A stretch of 64,000 bases of DNA, taken from Lytechinus pictus. Its lineage: Eukaryota. Shown piece after piece: positions 1 to 15,300 of the stretch (the stretch's first letter is position 1; the number at the start of each line of letters is the position of its first letter). The stretch covers positions 1,986,001 to 2,050,000 of the forward strand of contig NC_087245.1 of the NCBI RefSeq assembly GCF_037042905.1, read 5' to 3'. The notes under the pieces are model-generated. The model searched no databases and was not told the origin of the DNA. It saw nothing but the letters and a program-made list of their open reading frames with translations. The position numbers and the translations under genes are program-made.

Positions 1-135
1 TATAAGAGTACTATCTAAAAGCTATTTCAAACTGATAATAAGCGTTTCTATTTCCAAGCACCAGTCAAAGTATATAATATATCATATGCAAGTCACTTCA
101 TAATATTTTCTATAATTTTTGTATTTTCCCTAAAG

Positions 136-394
136 CAATTGATCCCATAATCATCTTCAGCAACATATACTATGTTCGGTCTCTCTCACTTGATGGACGT
201 GAATACAATCTGATCGCAGACGACTTCGGGAGCGCTGTAGCTTTTGATTTCGACTATGCTGAGAGTCGTCTCTACGTCATGGATATAGTGCGAGGGCACA
301 TCCTTCGAATGTGGGTGAACGGAACAGATCGTGAGGTCATCATCGACGACTTCGTCAACGGTGGAGAGGGAATGTCTGTTGATTGGGTTGGAAG
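136..394 (+). CDS. LRP2: LRP2-like exon, beta-propeller ([14 protein letters not shown]...SVDWVGR)
   Basis: taaag acceptor, AG|gtatat donor, open frame. Confidence 0.85.
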
Positions 395-3300
395 GTATAT
401 AGTTGATCTTAAAAACCTGTGACGAAAGAGACCATGTAGTAATTGAGAAAGGCATGGTGTCTTGTGGAGCTCTTATGGTACTAATGATACCATCAGGTAT
501 AACATGTATGGTCGTCTCATTTTAGTTTCAGCTTGTCTTTTTTGTCCCCCTTTGATACTTTTTTTCTTGATTTTCTCAATTTTTTGTCTGTTTTTTTTTA
601 CCATTTGAAAGTGAAATATTGTAGATCTATGCGCATACTTGCGCTGAAAGAATAGCTGTTAATAAGTTATTAAGAATGACACCTGAAATCTATAACAATA
701 ATTGTCATCCAAATGTCACATTAAATCCTGACAGTGAATAATTATTGCATATTTGTAATAACTTATTCCAGAAAACTGTACTGGGTTGATAGTGTTAACG
801 ATGTGATGGAGGTAGCTGAGCTGGATGGTAGTCAGAGGAAAACGTTAGTCTATACTGGAATGGATCAACCAAGGGCTGTGGTGGTTAACCCTAAACATGG
901 GTAAGATATTACAGAGATACTCTTTAGATTTCTCCAATTAAACTGTTCAAATGATTTGTGTAATGCTTGATGTATTATTTTCTTTAATTTCAAGTTGAAG
1001 TATTACCGAACTCTTCTTCTTCTAAAAAAATGAATAAATAAAAAAGTTTTGATATTTTTAGTGACATCCTTCAAAAAGATAAAAAGAAATATTTCAAAGT
1101 TTTGCATTTGGACGGTTATTTGGTACTTTTAGTGGCTGGAACGATCCATTGAAATAAATAGCAAGCTAGTATTAATCACCCTTGTTCTTTCACTAAACGG
1201 AAACAAATTCTCAACACTAAAACAGGTTGTTTTGATTCAATTTCTTTGTCTACAGTCACGTGTACTGGACTGACTGGGGTCTCGATGCCTATATTGGACG
1301 TGTAGGCATGGATGGTACAGGAAAGACTCGTTTCCATGACAACAGGATGGTCTTTCCAAATGGACTGACCATTGATTATGCTGCAGAGCGACTATATTGG
1401 TGTGATGCCCATCTAAATCATGTAGCGTGAGTGTTTTTTATATCCTTGTTGAATGAAGGGCTCATGGTCCAATGTTCGTGCCACCAATAAATGGTGGCAT
1501 GCAGCCGATGGCATTTGAAAAAAAATAGGAACACCTTTCCAAATAACGTATACACTGTCATCCAATGCTTGCCTCCTTTGAATAACGTTGATAACAATGC
1601 CTTCGAGATTGACATAAGATTCCACTTTTTTTTCTTCACATATATTTTTTAAATAATTCAGCCGAAGGTCAAACCTTCAAGATCACCGCACACTTTTTAA
1701 CCATGGTTTATAATGTTATAAAACGATGGTGTGACACCCACGAGAGAAATTGTCCTACACAAAATGTTTGCCCCAACACGATTCTTTCACAGAATAAATG
1801 TCTCTATGATTTCTAGATTTTCTGACTTGGACGGTAACACCCTCCATATAGTACCAACCCGAGGCACACCATTGGCACACCCTTTTGCCATCTCACTATT
1901 CGAAGATGACGTCTACATAACAGACTGGAATGAGAAAACAATACGTCGGTTTGACAAACTCGGTGGACGGCACATCATGGAGTATGTGGAAACCCTTCAG
2001 CTACCAATGGATATACATATCTATCATCCACTCCGACAGGACCAAAGTATGTCCCTTTTCTTCGTCATTTGATCTTTTATGAACCTCTAGAATTGCACCT
2101 TTACTTCCACTTTATAATTAGACTTTTTTGTAAACTTCTCGTAACGTTGGATATATTTAAATTGTTCGAACCTGTATCATTTGAGTGTAATAACCGAATA
2201 TATTAGATAATTAAGATGTGGGCCTACATGATAGTGAACCTAAACTTATATATCCACCGTATTGTCTGATTGATCGGTGGTAGACGTGATACAATTGACA
2301 GTTGCAGATTTTATTACTGAAAATAGAAATGTAATGAATTCCAATAACCGTACATCCTCAATTCATAATATTCCTGACACACAAATAACTATTAACACTT
2401 GTACCTTTTCAGCTCTCGTCAATCCCTGTGGATCGAACAATGGAGGTTGTTCACACATGTGCCTTATTGCCCCTGGCGGTCAGAGCTTCACATGTGCTTG
2501 TCCAGACAGTTTCGTGCTCGATGACGACGGTGTTACCTGTCTGGCAGACTGCTCGTCCAATCAGTTCGCCTGTGCCAACCAAGAAAAATGCATCCCGTTG
2601 TCATGGAGATGTGATACAGAGAAGGATTGTTCTGATGGGTCAGACGAGCCTGTGGATTGTCGTAAGTTGTTTAAGAAGGAATCACACTTAGAACATAAAA
2701 CTCGAATCATTACTCGATCGAGTGTTAGTTGTCTGCATGAATATGGAGGGGTCTTTGAAATTATTGCATAAAAGCTTTATGGTTGTTTAGATGGTGGAGT
2801 AAAGGTTGAGTTATTTGTTTATTTGTTTGTTCATTATGAATAAAAATAAATTAAGTGCACCCAGCGACTCTTCTTTGCAACAAAAGACAAGAAAACATGG
2901 TTGTTAATATATCTCTTTATAGAGTACCTGACCGGAACTACAGTGTCTGAGACCCCATCTCAGCTTTCCCTTGTTTCCCATGTTCCCTTATTGCATTAAT
3001 CGCTTCCCTTCTCCTTTCCCGTCTGATTATCGACAAATACCTCAACCTTTACTCCACCATCTTTCACTTTTTTATTTATTTTTTCTAAATATGTTTACAC
3101 TCAAATCTTGATATACTTGATTGAATCCTTCTCCCCTTTATTCTTTCCTTTCATCATAGCTACACGATACTGTCCTGATAGAAACTTTCAGTGTGATGAT
3201 ACTGCCTGTGTTCCATCTACTGAGATCTGCAACGGAGAAGGGAATTGTTTAGACGGATCCGACGAAGCTCATTGTAGTAAGTACAGACTGCTTCTTCAAA

Positions 3301-5596
3301 GGGGCAACATTTTTTCTAATGAATCCACAAGAAAAATGCACTTGGGACACCTGCCTTTCGATCAATAACCAACAATGTATAACTGAATATTGAACTCCGT
3401 CACTCGTCAAACACTTCATTAAATCGTGAAAGAAAGTTTAAAGTAAGTACTGAAACACTCTTACTTGAAGATACGTGTCTTAGCATCTTAAAAAGTAAAA
3501 ATTATGATTAATTTCTGCTCATCTTCCCTTATTCAAGGTCAATTTCTACATCTTTTTATTTCTCAGATACGACAGTATGTCAGCCATGGGAGTTCCGATG
3601 TGGTACAGGATCATGTATTAACCATGTTCTAGCTTGTAATGGAGTAGAGAACTGTCCGGATGGCTCTGATGAAGTACAGGATGTGTGTGGTGAGGATAGA
3701 ATTCAGTATTAGATGTAGTACATCAATTGTGGATATGGTAACAAGGGTGATGTGGTAACAAAGTTGACGCAAAACAAGCATTTGTTGCCTAAAAATTTGG
3801 TGTGAGTCTGCAATATCTTTAGAGTAATAGTTATGCGTCACCATTCAATAATGAAAATAATAATAATAATGCAGGTGAACTCAGTAATCTTTAAGGGAAA
3901 ATTTCCCAATCTTCTGTAGATGTGGAAATAGAACTCGCAATGGGATCGCAATATGGCAGAGAACATGAGCTTTTCCAGAATAGATGGAGTGTAGTTTTAC
4001 ATTTGTCAAAGATTCATGATCACGTACTGATCTTTATGTCCAGCTATTTCTTAGTGAGTGGAATGATTATGCTTAAATTCGTAACGTTTTCATCATTGTC
4101 ATTTTTCTTTGGTGCTTATGAAATGCATTACGGGATACCTTGCTTATCAGTATCTGTTTTCTATTTATTCCTAAGCTGAACGGGGATGTTCTGAAGGCTA
4201 CTTCCAGTGTGGTACTGGGTACTGCATCCCACAAACATGGGTGTGTGATCTCGACAATGACTGTGGAGATGCCAGCGATGAACCTTTAAGAGAATGTCGT
4301 AAGTTCCTCTTAACTAGTCCTACTGACATATGAATGGCTATCATAAGTGGCAATACAAAATGACATGCTCTCACTGGTAGGAAGACAAATGTTTGCAGTA
4401 TGAATTTCCTTTTCGTTTTTTTTTTCCATTAGTAAGACTTGAATAAATTATGCCGATATCGCAAATATCATTTAGATACACACATGGGAAGGATGAACAG
4501 AATTTGGTGATTAAACGAAACTATACTTTACATATTTCTTATTCTGACTTTGTCACAGTCCATATAGGTCATAACTAGTGCATTCCCTATAACCAACTTT
4601 TGAACAAAGTGTATTCATACACTGGACGGGTTTTAATGCATGCTTCTATTATGTCTATATTTGATTACAGAATCACGAGCCACCTGTCCAAGTGGTTGGT
4701 TCTCATGTGTGTCTAACTACCGCTGTGTGCCGTCTTGGGCTGTGTGTAATGGTTATGATGATTGCCGAGATAACTCTGACGAAGAACAGTGCGGTGAGTA
4801 GCATCGGGGTAAATCTGTCAACAATTTTTGTTGTGGGATTATTCACAGTGAAATTACCAGAATTAGCAAGCGCTGAATATCAATGAAGGGTCTGGTAACC
4901 AGCAGACTAATTTATTCTTTGACTATGTTCCTATCTGAATAAGATGTTTACATGGTATAGGGTCTACCATGCTACTACTTCTTATTTTTATGATAAATTA
5001 TCTTTAAATTCCCTCGTCTCTCTCCCTCTCTCGTCCTTCAATATTTCACCCTTGATCAAAACTTTACATAGATGAAGCTATATGAATGGAGTGGGATCAT
5101 CAAGTTTGAAACACAGTCATTAAAAAAAATACAATATTTTAAAGAAATCGTAACAGTGGTACAGGGATTATTCTTGTTATTTGAGACCATAATTCAATAA
5201 ATATATTTCATAAAAACTTCTTATCTTTCAGCTACGGCCACTTGTGAAGTTGGTGAGTTCCAGTGTGTAAATGGAGACTGTATCCCTGAACGTTGGGTGT
5301 GTGACTTTGAGAATGATTGTACCGACGGATCTGATGAGCAAACTTGTAGTAAGTAGTAGCAACTGAAATTATGAAGGCCCTTCTTGCTTTCCTGAATTGG
5401 CACTGACATTTTATTTGCTAACCTTTATTGTCTTTATTCTTCTCATTTTGATGTAGTACAAGTGATGTTGATTTATCATCTTTGATATTCTTCTTCATTT
5501 CTTATTATTTTTATCTTTATGTCTCTATTTAGCCAATGCTAATAGTGAAAGAAGCAGATATAACAACACATAAGCATCAGTGGTATATAGTAGTAA

Positions 5597-5638
<42 letters not shown>

Positions 5639-5648
5639 CAGTAGCAGC

Positions 5649-5680
<32 letters not shown>

Positions 5681-5712
5681 CAGTAGTAGTAGTAGTAGTG
5701 GTGGTGGTAGTG

Positions 5713-5772
<60 letters not shown>

Positions 5773-5790
5773 TAAGTAGTAGTGGTGGTG

Positions 5791-5853
<63 letters not shown>

Positions 5854-5915
5854 ATAGTAGTAGTAATAGTAGTAAGTAGTAGTAGTAAGTAGTAGTAGTG
5901 GTGGTAGTAGTGGTG

Positions 5916-5967
<52 letters not shown>

Positions 5968-6008
5968 CAGTAGCAGTAGTAGTGGTGGTGGTGGTGGTGG
6001 TGGTAGTG

Positions 6009-6057
<49 letters not shown>

Positions 6058-6126
6058 AAGTAAGTAGTAGTAGTGGTGGTAGTAGTAGTAGTAGTAGAAG
6101 TAGTGGTGGTGGTGGTGGTGGTGGTG

Positions 6127-6177
<51 letters not shown>

Positions 6178-6229
6178 AGTAGTAGTAGTGGTGGTAGTAG
6201 TAGTAGAAGTAGTGGTGGTGGTGGTCGTG

Positions 6230-6316
<87 letters not shown>

Positions 6317-9300
6317 TAGTAGTAGTAGTAGTAGTAGTAAGTAGTGATGGTGGTGGTGGTGGTGGTGGTGGTAGTGGTAGTGGTAGTAGTAGTTTTTTTG
6401 TTGTTGTTGTTGTGTACCAGCAGTAATATCAATACAAGTAGTATTAGAATGAAGTAGCTGTGATATTACTATTATCACAATCATTTGATTTATTATTTCA
6501 GCTTTTAGACAATGTTCAGAGAGTGAGTTCCGTTGCACTTCAAACAAGTGCATCCCACAGAGATTCGTATGTGACTTTGAGGAAGATTGTCCCGGAGGAG
6601 ACGACGAGGTCGCTTGTCGTGAGTATTTTTTTCATTACTAAATGAATAATTCTTTTTATCTGTTTCACACACAATTCTCTGTCATTTTCTCCCTTCCACT
6701 TTCTATTGATCTAAAATTATTGTTTATTCCTCGTCTTTTTATTCTCTCGTCTGCGTCCCCCCCCCCACGTCTCTCGTCTCTCTCTCTCTTTCTCTTTCTC
6801 TCCCCTCTCTTTATCTCTTCTTCCCCGACCCCCCCCCCCCCTCTTTCCATCTTTCTTTCTCTTTCGCTAGTCCTCTTTTTATTCTTGTTTTATTTTTTTT
6901 GTTTAAGTCCTTGTATACAAGTGGCAGCAGTGGGATATAATATTATTTGCTAGCTCTCATTCTGTTCTTTCTTCTTTTTCCCTTTTTTAAAATTTCCATC
7001 TTGGGATACAAGTGGCAGTGGTAGGATATAATATCTTAGTACATACATTGTACGCACCAAGTATGTTAAATCATATCGCTCTTAAGTGTTATTTTCTGTT
7101 GAACTTGCATATGTTTAATAAGTGTAGCTTGGAGTTTTATGGTAAAGGACGGAGAATATGACTTATTCTTACTAATAGCAATGGTTGGTTGTTAGATTAT
7201 GCAATGGTCTATCTAAAGTTTCACAATTTTGCAGCTTTAAATGTTTGCCGTCTTGCTGACCTTGTAATGACAGATATTTTTTAACAATATCAGTACTAGT
7301 ATTACTTTTAAGAGAAATTATTTACAAGATGTTTCTCGCATATTTCTTGACAGCGGAACGAATGTGTTACTTCCCAAGTCAGTTCCAGTGTGCCAGTGGT
7401 CACTGTATTGATGAAAGTTTTGTGTGTGATGGAACCAGTCAGTGTCAAGACTCATCAGATGAAATAGACTGTCGTAAGTAGATATAATATGGGCATAACA
7501 GAAAGCGTGTGTCGTAACCCATTATCTTTGGAAGAAATAATGGCCAAAGAACCCTGAAAATAATGATCCACCAAAACAGAAAGAGAAACACGTAGAATTC
7601 GATTTTTAAGGAAGAGAATTTTCAATTATCCTGAGAGATATTATGATTGATGAACCCTTTGCTTAACTAACTGAAATGTGTCTTTTACATCAATAGATTT
7701 TCCATGGTGAAGATAAAACCCAAAAGGCAATTATGGAAGACACTTTATTGTCTAAATAAAAACAATCATGAATCAAGGTTGTAATATTGCGAATTGATCT
7801 GTAACATATTAATACCATTATAGGTTTTGTGATGTGCAGATTAATTTAGATTTCCGATCAATTGTTAGCATCTTTATTCTGATTTTTCTTCTTTTTTCTA
7901 TAATTATCTAATTTTGGCAGCCACCAGACTTCCTCAAGGTTTATACTGCTACCCAAACCAATTCACCTGTGATGACACGGTATGTCTCCCTCTTAGTTGG
8001 AGATGTGATGGAACGAATGATTGTCCTGATGGTAGCGATGAAACCCTTTCATTATGCTGTAAGTTCATAATCTGGTCCCAAGCTCCGTGTTTTCCTTAAT
8101 TCTGCGTCTGAATATTGAAATACATGCAAAAAATGATAAATAATAGCAATTTCAAGTTATTTCCGGACTTTTTCAACGTTTTATCTTTAATCAGTAGGCT
8201 GAAATGATGATAAATTTGTTGATTTATACTGTTCATAGATACCGCATTGACAAAATTTGACCGTAGAAGTAATCGTAATGACATATACAGCCTTTTTGTC
8301 TCTTCAGATTATTTAATTTTCGGAGAACTAGAACGAAAACATCATTGGTTTGTTACAAAGAAAAATAAGAAAAAGAGGTTGATCCATTCTCATACTTGTG
8401 ATTATATGGCATTCTTATTTCTTCTATTGTTCTCTAGCATCCATACCCTGTGATCCAGAAGAAAGATGGCGTTGTGATAATGGTTTCTGTATTCCACGGA
8501 GTGGTCTGTGTGATGGCGTTGATACGTGTGGTGATGCCAGCGATGAAAATAACCACGATTTATGTACGTATTCATTATAAATCTTGTATACTCTTTACAT
8601 TACCAATACTATGTTTGAGATTGATTTAGTCAAAGTGCAATACCACATCAAAAAACATAAATGTCATTTTTTCAGCAAATCGTTTTTTTTTTGCCACAAC
8701 GTTTACAACCGAGAAGATAAATGTAAAGAACAGTAAGAAAACTAAAGAGCGTTTTAAAGAGCATGTAGATCGGGGGGTTGTAAACATAAGAATTTCAAGC
8801 ATTTTTTTATTACCCTGTCCTCTTGTACATCCCAAATCGCTTTCCTTATTTTGAACGTGTATATTTTGGGAATATGTGTTAATACACGGCGTTAAGGATA
8901 ACAAGATTTGCAGACGATCGTATTGTAGTCTTAATCTGGAACAGTATATTTCTTCTCTTTTAACTAGGTGATGAAGTAAGACAGTGTACACCTGATGAAT
9001 TCAAGTGCGTCAATCAGAATTGCATTTCTCAAGAAAATGTATGTGATCTTCAGGACGATTGTGGTGATATGTCAGATGAGTATGGCTGCTGTAAGTCGAC
9101 CCTTATTCTCTTTCATAGGATTTTTTTTTCTAAATGTATATATAGAAAAAATTATATTGATATTGTAGGTTATTTGATTTAACCAGGCTAGTGTAACCAG
9201 ATAGCTACGTTATCTTATTTTTAAGTGATGATAAGGTAGAAATTGCATGGACTTGATCAATTCTGTTTTGGCAGTTATATTATTGTAAATTAGTGGGTCT

Positions 9301-12300
9301 GTCATGAGTATCTTTGACTTTCGTTTCTATCTGTTCAATTTTTCTCTCCCCCAAAGTAAAGAAGTCATAGAATTGTATAAACCAAGACGTAACCTTGATC
9401 ATCCTTACAGCATCTTTTTACTGTTCCTTCCACAAATACAAATACATATGGTCAAAGAACCCTTCCCTTATCTGCCCCTTTATTCTGGAATTCTAGCTTT
9501 AAAAATTAGAACTGCATCATCCATTCCTATATTTAAATCTATTCTCAAGACCTACTTATTTTGAAATAATGTTTAGAATGTTAAAAAAATATAATCATAA
9601 GTCCGATCTTAAAACAGTTCATGAAAAAGATTCCCAACCAATATCAATGAGTAAACTATACTTTACATCTATACTGAGTAATCCAGATTAGATATATCCA
9701 CATGTTATGGTAGACATTTCCACAAGGTGTTTACCATTTTGTTTATCTTACATCCTTTCAGATGATTCTGGTAGTTGTTCAGAAGACAATGGAGGATGCC
9801 AGGAAGTGTGTATTCCGTTGCTCTTAGGATACTACTGCTCATGCGCAGATGGACATCAATTAGCAGATGATAGATCAGGATGTGAAGGTGAGAGGAACTG
9901 AGAAAAGACGGAGACCGATAAAGATGTTTAAAAAGAGGGGAATTCCTTTATGAACAATGACAAGATTCGAACATTGAAATTAATTTAGAAATATGTCGAC
10001 GTTACAAAGCTTTAAAAAAGGTATGTTAGATCTTGGAATACTTTAACCTGTAGTAAATAAGCTTCCACTCTGACCTAATCAAAGTTTTAATGTGTTAATA
10101 TATTTGTGTGAACACGCAGATATTGATGAGTGCTTAGACAACCCATGTCAGCAGCAGTGTTCAAACACCAAGGGATCGTATGAATGTAGCTGCTCTGAGG
10201 GTTACCAAGATGATGGTGTCATCTTAAACGGTCAAGATTGCAAGGCAATAGGTAAGTGACAATACAAAAATGTTTGATGATAGTATTACTATCAATATTC
10301 GTAAATCGAACGATTGTTTTTTTTAATAAGGTCGGTCTGAATTACATGTATCCCTGATCAAATAAAAATGATAAACTTTTAAAATGCTTGCTAACAAAAA
10401 TTTCAATTCACACAGATCATATTTCAAGTTTAGATGATGCGAATCAAAACAGTAATCAGATTCAGCAAAAGAATATGCTCTAGTCGCTCGTACAAAGCGT
10501 AACTTCATGGACAGCTTTTTAAAACACCCCTTAGCGATGCGATCGCTGGAATCGATTGTTTATAGAAGCTGCAGTGTTCTTTAGGTGGGTCTTGTCGCTA
10601 GAAGATATCCTAAAAGTGATGATAAAGTCATAAAAACGAGATAATTACTTTTGTCATATTTTCTTCTGTCAATATAAATTCCGTCTTTAAAATAATAACT
10701 TCATATCTAATGAAGAAAATCTGCATTCTACTGATTATCAAATGTAAAAGTTTAGTTATGTTGTTATTATAATTATTACTACGTGGTAATTTAAAATGTG
10801 ATACTATTGATATGAAGAAAATATTCTGGTTAACTTGTGGTCATGTGGGGAAAAGCAAGTGCCATATAGGTGGCATAGTAATTTGAGAGCCGGTAAGATA
10901 GCCCAAAGATGAATTCATTATTTTAAATAAAGATGAAATAGGGTTATCCCCCTGCTCTTCTTCCTTCTTCCTCCTCTTCTTTTTTTTCAAAGGAATTTTA
11001 TTCATTATTATTAATTTAAGGACTTTATTCAATTTTTCTCCACAAATCATATAATCAAATACAAAATGCATGTAATACATTTTTTTTTTTTATAGTTTTC
11101 CACATATTCATTTTGAAAACCACAGCAAGGAGTAAGCATCCTCTCTACTACCCCCCCCCCCCACCTCCACCTGTACCGCCACACTTATTGCCTGAACACT
11201 ATTAACTATATTTTGTTTGATGTTTTTCTCCTAGGTGCCAGACCTCAGTTCTTCTTTGGTGAAGATGATGAAGTTCGTTATTTCGACGATGAGACAAAGA
11301 ACTACGGGGTACTTCTCACTACTCAAGGAATCATCCGGTCTCTGGATTATAATTTTGACGAAGGTAGATATATTCTCTTGACTATATCTTAACAAGATGG
11401 CTGAGTCGCTAGTCTCCAGTATTAACGCAACGTTATATTGCCAAATATGTGAAATTAGTGCTCTATTAGGTGAAAATGAACATTGCCTGTGTTCTCTAGT
11501 CGTAACAAGTAAATTCTCAGCATGACTATGATATTACGGTTAATATGCTTGTCCAAAAATTTCAATTTTTTTCAACCTCTTATTTCATAATTTTGTTTTT
11601 TAAACTGTTTGCATTATAAAGCGATACGCCACATCTTATGTCTGTTTCTCATTTAGGTGTTGTGTATTGGATCGACCCTGCTATACCTGCTCTGATGAGG
11701 GCCTATATACCAGAGAGTGATGAGACCACAGTACCTGATGAACTGCCACTTTTGAATATATACCGCCCTCAAAATTTAGCGGTAGACTGGTTTGGAGGGT
11801 AAGATTATTTTGTTATCTTTAGTCTATGCAGAAGCTCTAATGCTAGACCACTCTTTACATTATGATCGTAATATGAATTTTGCACAATAGAATTTCAAGA
11901 ATTACACTTTTCAAATCTCAAATTCTAAGTAATTCGAAAGACCAAAATCTCCTCGGAACGTTGCCGTCAGAAAATGAGGATAATTATGATGAAGTAATGT
12001 ATAGCGGTTGCAATGCTCTTAAAAGAAGGTGAACCAGGAGAGTAAAATGGGGATTTCAGAAGGAATCATCTATGTAACTTGATTAGGGCTTGATACAATG
12101 GAATACACATGACTTTCACTGAATAGGGCCCAATCCCGATGCTACTTATATATTGCTTTACATCTATTTCTTTTAACCTTTGTTTTGTCTCAGAAACCTT
12201 TACTGGACCGACCTTGGTGAGGAAACAGATGAAGGTGATGATAACAACTCGAGGAGGAAGAAGAGAAACAGTCCTCATCCCTCCTTATCCATCTCTACAG

Positions 12301-15300
12301 CAACCCTGGATGGGCGTTACCGTCGTGTTCTAGTAGAGGATGGTATTGAGATGCCGGCTGCTTTAGCTGTTAATCCCCGAAGAGGGTAAGGAGAATACCC
12401 TCACATTTATCCAGTCACGTCAAGGTTCAAGCAATCTGATTGTTTGATATTATAACTCAGCCTTTGGTTGTTAAGACCAAGTTGACTATCCACTGCAATC
12501 AAAATCATAAACAGGCAACAAAACCGTTTTATCCTGTTCAAATGATTATTAATATCATAATACTTTCTTGTATTTCAATGATTCGAATTAAAGTTGAAAA
12601 GTTATTTGGGAAATTCCTTTAAATATGTACGCCAAACTCAATGTGTTGGACCTTCCTGAAATGGTTTCTTTCCATTTTCTAGTTCATATAAAAGGATATA
12701 ATAATAAGTATGTCTTTATCAGCTTGAATTACACAAAATATTTGAATCGGTCGTATAGTCATAGACACATTTTTTTTTTACATCTGCAACTGAGATTATT
12801 ACGTGTTTGTAATTATAAATGTGTAGCATGGGCCAGAGTATATATAAGACAATAACTTGTATTAAAGGCACAAATTTAATCAACTTTTCTGGCATCTTAC
12901 CGTTTTTGTTATTATAAAATTGATTGACACAGAGAGAATAATAACAATTAGTAATAAATCTCAAGCTGTTGCAACCCTACCATGATTGGTTTCTGAACCA
13001 TTAAAGAGTGTTTTCTTCCTATTTTGATAAATAATAACTTCATGTGAGATCAAAGACTGGAATGCCCTTTTTTTCACCCGGATGAACATCTATTACATAC
13101 CAAAACTTGTCTTCCCAAACAGGGTCTTCTATTGGTCTGACATCGGTGCCTTACCTAAGATTGAAATGGTTTGGATGAATGGTAATGGACGTCAGATCTT
13201 GGTAGATACAACCATTGAGATGCCTACTGGTCTGGCCATTGACTTTGCTAACAGAGATACAGTATATTGGTGTGATCAGAGCAGGAATGCTATCGAATCA
13301 ATGGACTGGGATGGTAGCAATAGAAAGATCTTGAGAGCTGCATCAAGTGAGTTGGATAACGATTATTGGTGTCTTTTTTCACCACAGTCTACATAACATT
13401 AAACCGGTAACGTTGTCAGATAAAGATCATTCTTGGTTGACATCAGTGGTCCACATTTTTGTCGGATGGAATGCATGATCATTGAAATCGCCTTTGGTTG
13501 GTTAAAAAAGAAAGATAATCGTTTGCAACTTAGAACTTGTATTGATACCACATTTAAAGCAACATTCGTGACATAAAACAATAAAGTGTTGGCGACTTAC
13601 ATTACGATTGATTTTGGAAAACAAGTGCATCAGTAACCCCCCCCCCCCCTCCCTGCTTTTTTTTATCAAGACAGGCATTGAAATTCATTTTAAATGGAGT
13701 TGTAAACCTAAAGCTAGAAATGAAAAATAAATATTATTGATCTTAAAGGAATAATAATCTAGAACAACTCCATCAATTTGAGCCCGGTAATAGTTTGAAA
13801 TCTATTGTTTCAACTTATGATCTTCACTTTTATAGATGGGTCAATGTAAAAAAAATCTGGCAACGGGTGCAAATCATTCATTTTTATTAAAGTATTATCA
13901 TAAGTACATTTATTTGAATGAACCAATAACATTATTATCTCCCTTTTGTCGTGCTATTCAGCCTTGTCCAGGCCACGAAATTTGGATGTCTTTGAGAATA
14001 GCATCTTCTTCACCACTGCTGCCCTCGGGACTGAGGGGGAGATCCGCCGTCTTGACAAGCTAGGACGTGGTGTTTCTGTGACTGAGATTCCTAACATTAA
14101 TGAACCCAGTGGACTAAAGCTCTATCAGGAACAGAGATATAACCTCGATGGTAGGTTTATAATGAAGAGTAGGAGTTATGGTAGATAACAACAGAATGAG
14201 TATGATATTCCATTATAATCTATATGCTCTGTAAATTTTCAAACCGATTAAGTGCTCAAAATATAATAAATTTCTGTCATGTTTATATAATCATATATCA
14301 TCATCACATTATTGTCATCATTCTTTAAATGAATTTTGTATACATGCAGCCGTTTTGGATGATTACTCAGGGTTATGATTAGTAAGATAGTATGAGCCAA
14401 AGCAATTGAAAGGCAGTCTGTATTGGCTGCTTCTTTGCAATACCGAGAAGAAATGTGCTTAAATAGGTAAATTTATATTCAGTTTGATTTAACATATAGA
14501 CTCACACGGATTTTTAACCTCAAGCTTAATTTTCGTTGCTTATTATTTAGTTGTGAATCGTTGTGAGGATAGTCCGTGCAGTCATCTTTGTTTTCTGATA
14601 CCGGTCAATGATGGTAGAACACGTACAAGGGGCTATGCCTGTGGATGCCCGGATGGTGATTCCTTCCAAACAGGAAGTACAACAAGATGCAGAAGTGGTG
14701 AGTTCAACCTTTCTACTCTTCCTCTTATCATGTCTCCTCTCCTCCTCCTCCTCCTCCTCCTCCTCCTCCTTCTTCTTCTTTCGGAGTCAGGTGCCATCAT
14801 GTTATTCATGCATGCTGTGTGCAGTCATAATTTATCTGATTCTTCTGTTTTACAGCCACCATGGAGCCGCGACCTCTTCCCGATCCGATCCCTAATTGCC
14901 CTTGTCTCAATGGAGGAGTGTGTCTGGATGATGGAACGTGCGAGTAAGTTTTTTAGTCTTCTCTTTTACAATTCTTGTTGCCTGAAAGCATCCTGAATCC
15001 CTGATATATAATTTGAGATTCAGGAATAACCATCCTCAAAGGATGTTCTGTAAAAAAAATAAAAGAATTTCCATTTCATCTAATCTTTCTTTTTTTTTCT
15101 TTTTTTTTAATCTTTCATTTCGAATCGTCTTGTACAGAATAATGTAGCTGATTTATCAGTATGTTATTTCTTTATACAAACCTTCAAACCATTTCAATGT
15201 GTTCGTCTAATACAGGTGCAGAGATGGGTGGACAGGAGAGAACTGTGCAGCTCAAGCTCTGAAGCAAAAAGGACTAAGTAAGAGTGATCATCAATTCAAT

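Noticed and set aside
5525..6553. Long ORFs (342 aa, 297 aa, etc.) with homopolymeric runs
   Set aside because: They are translations of the TAG/TGG microsatellite inside an intron.
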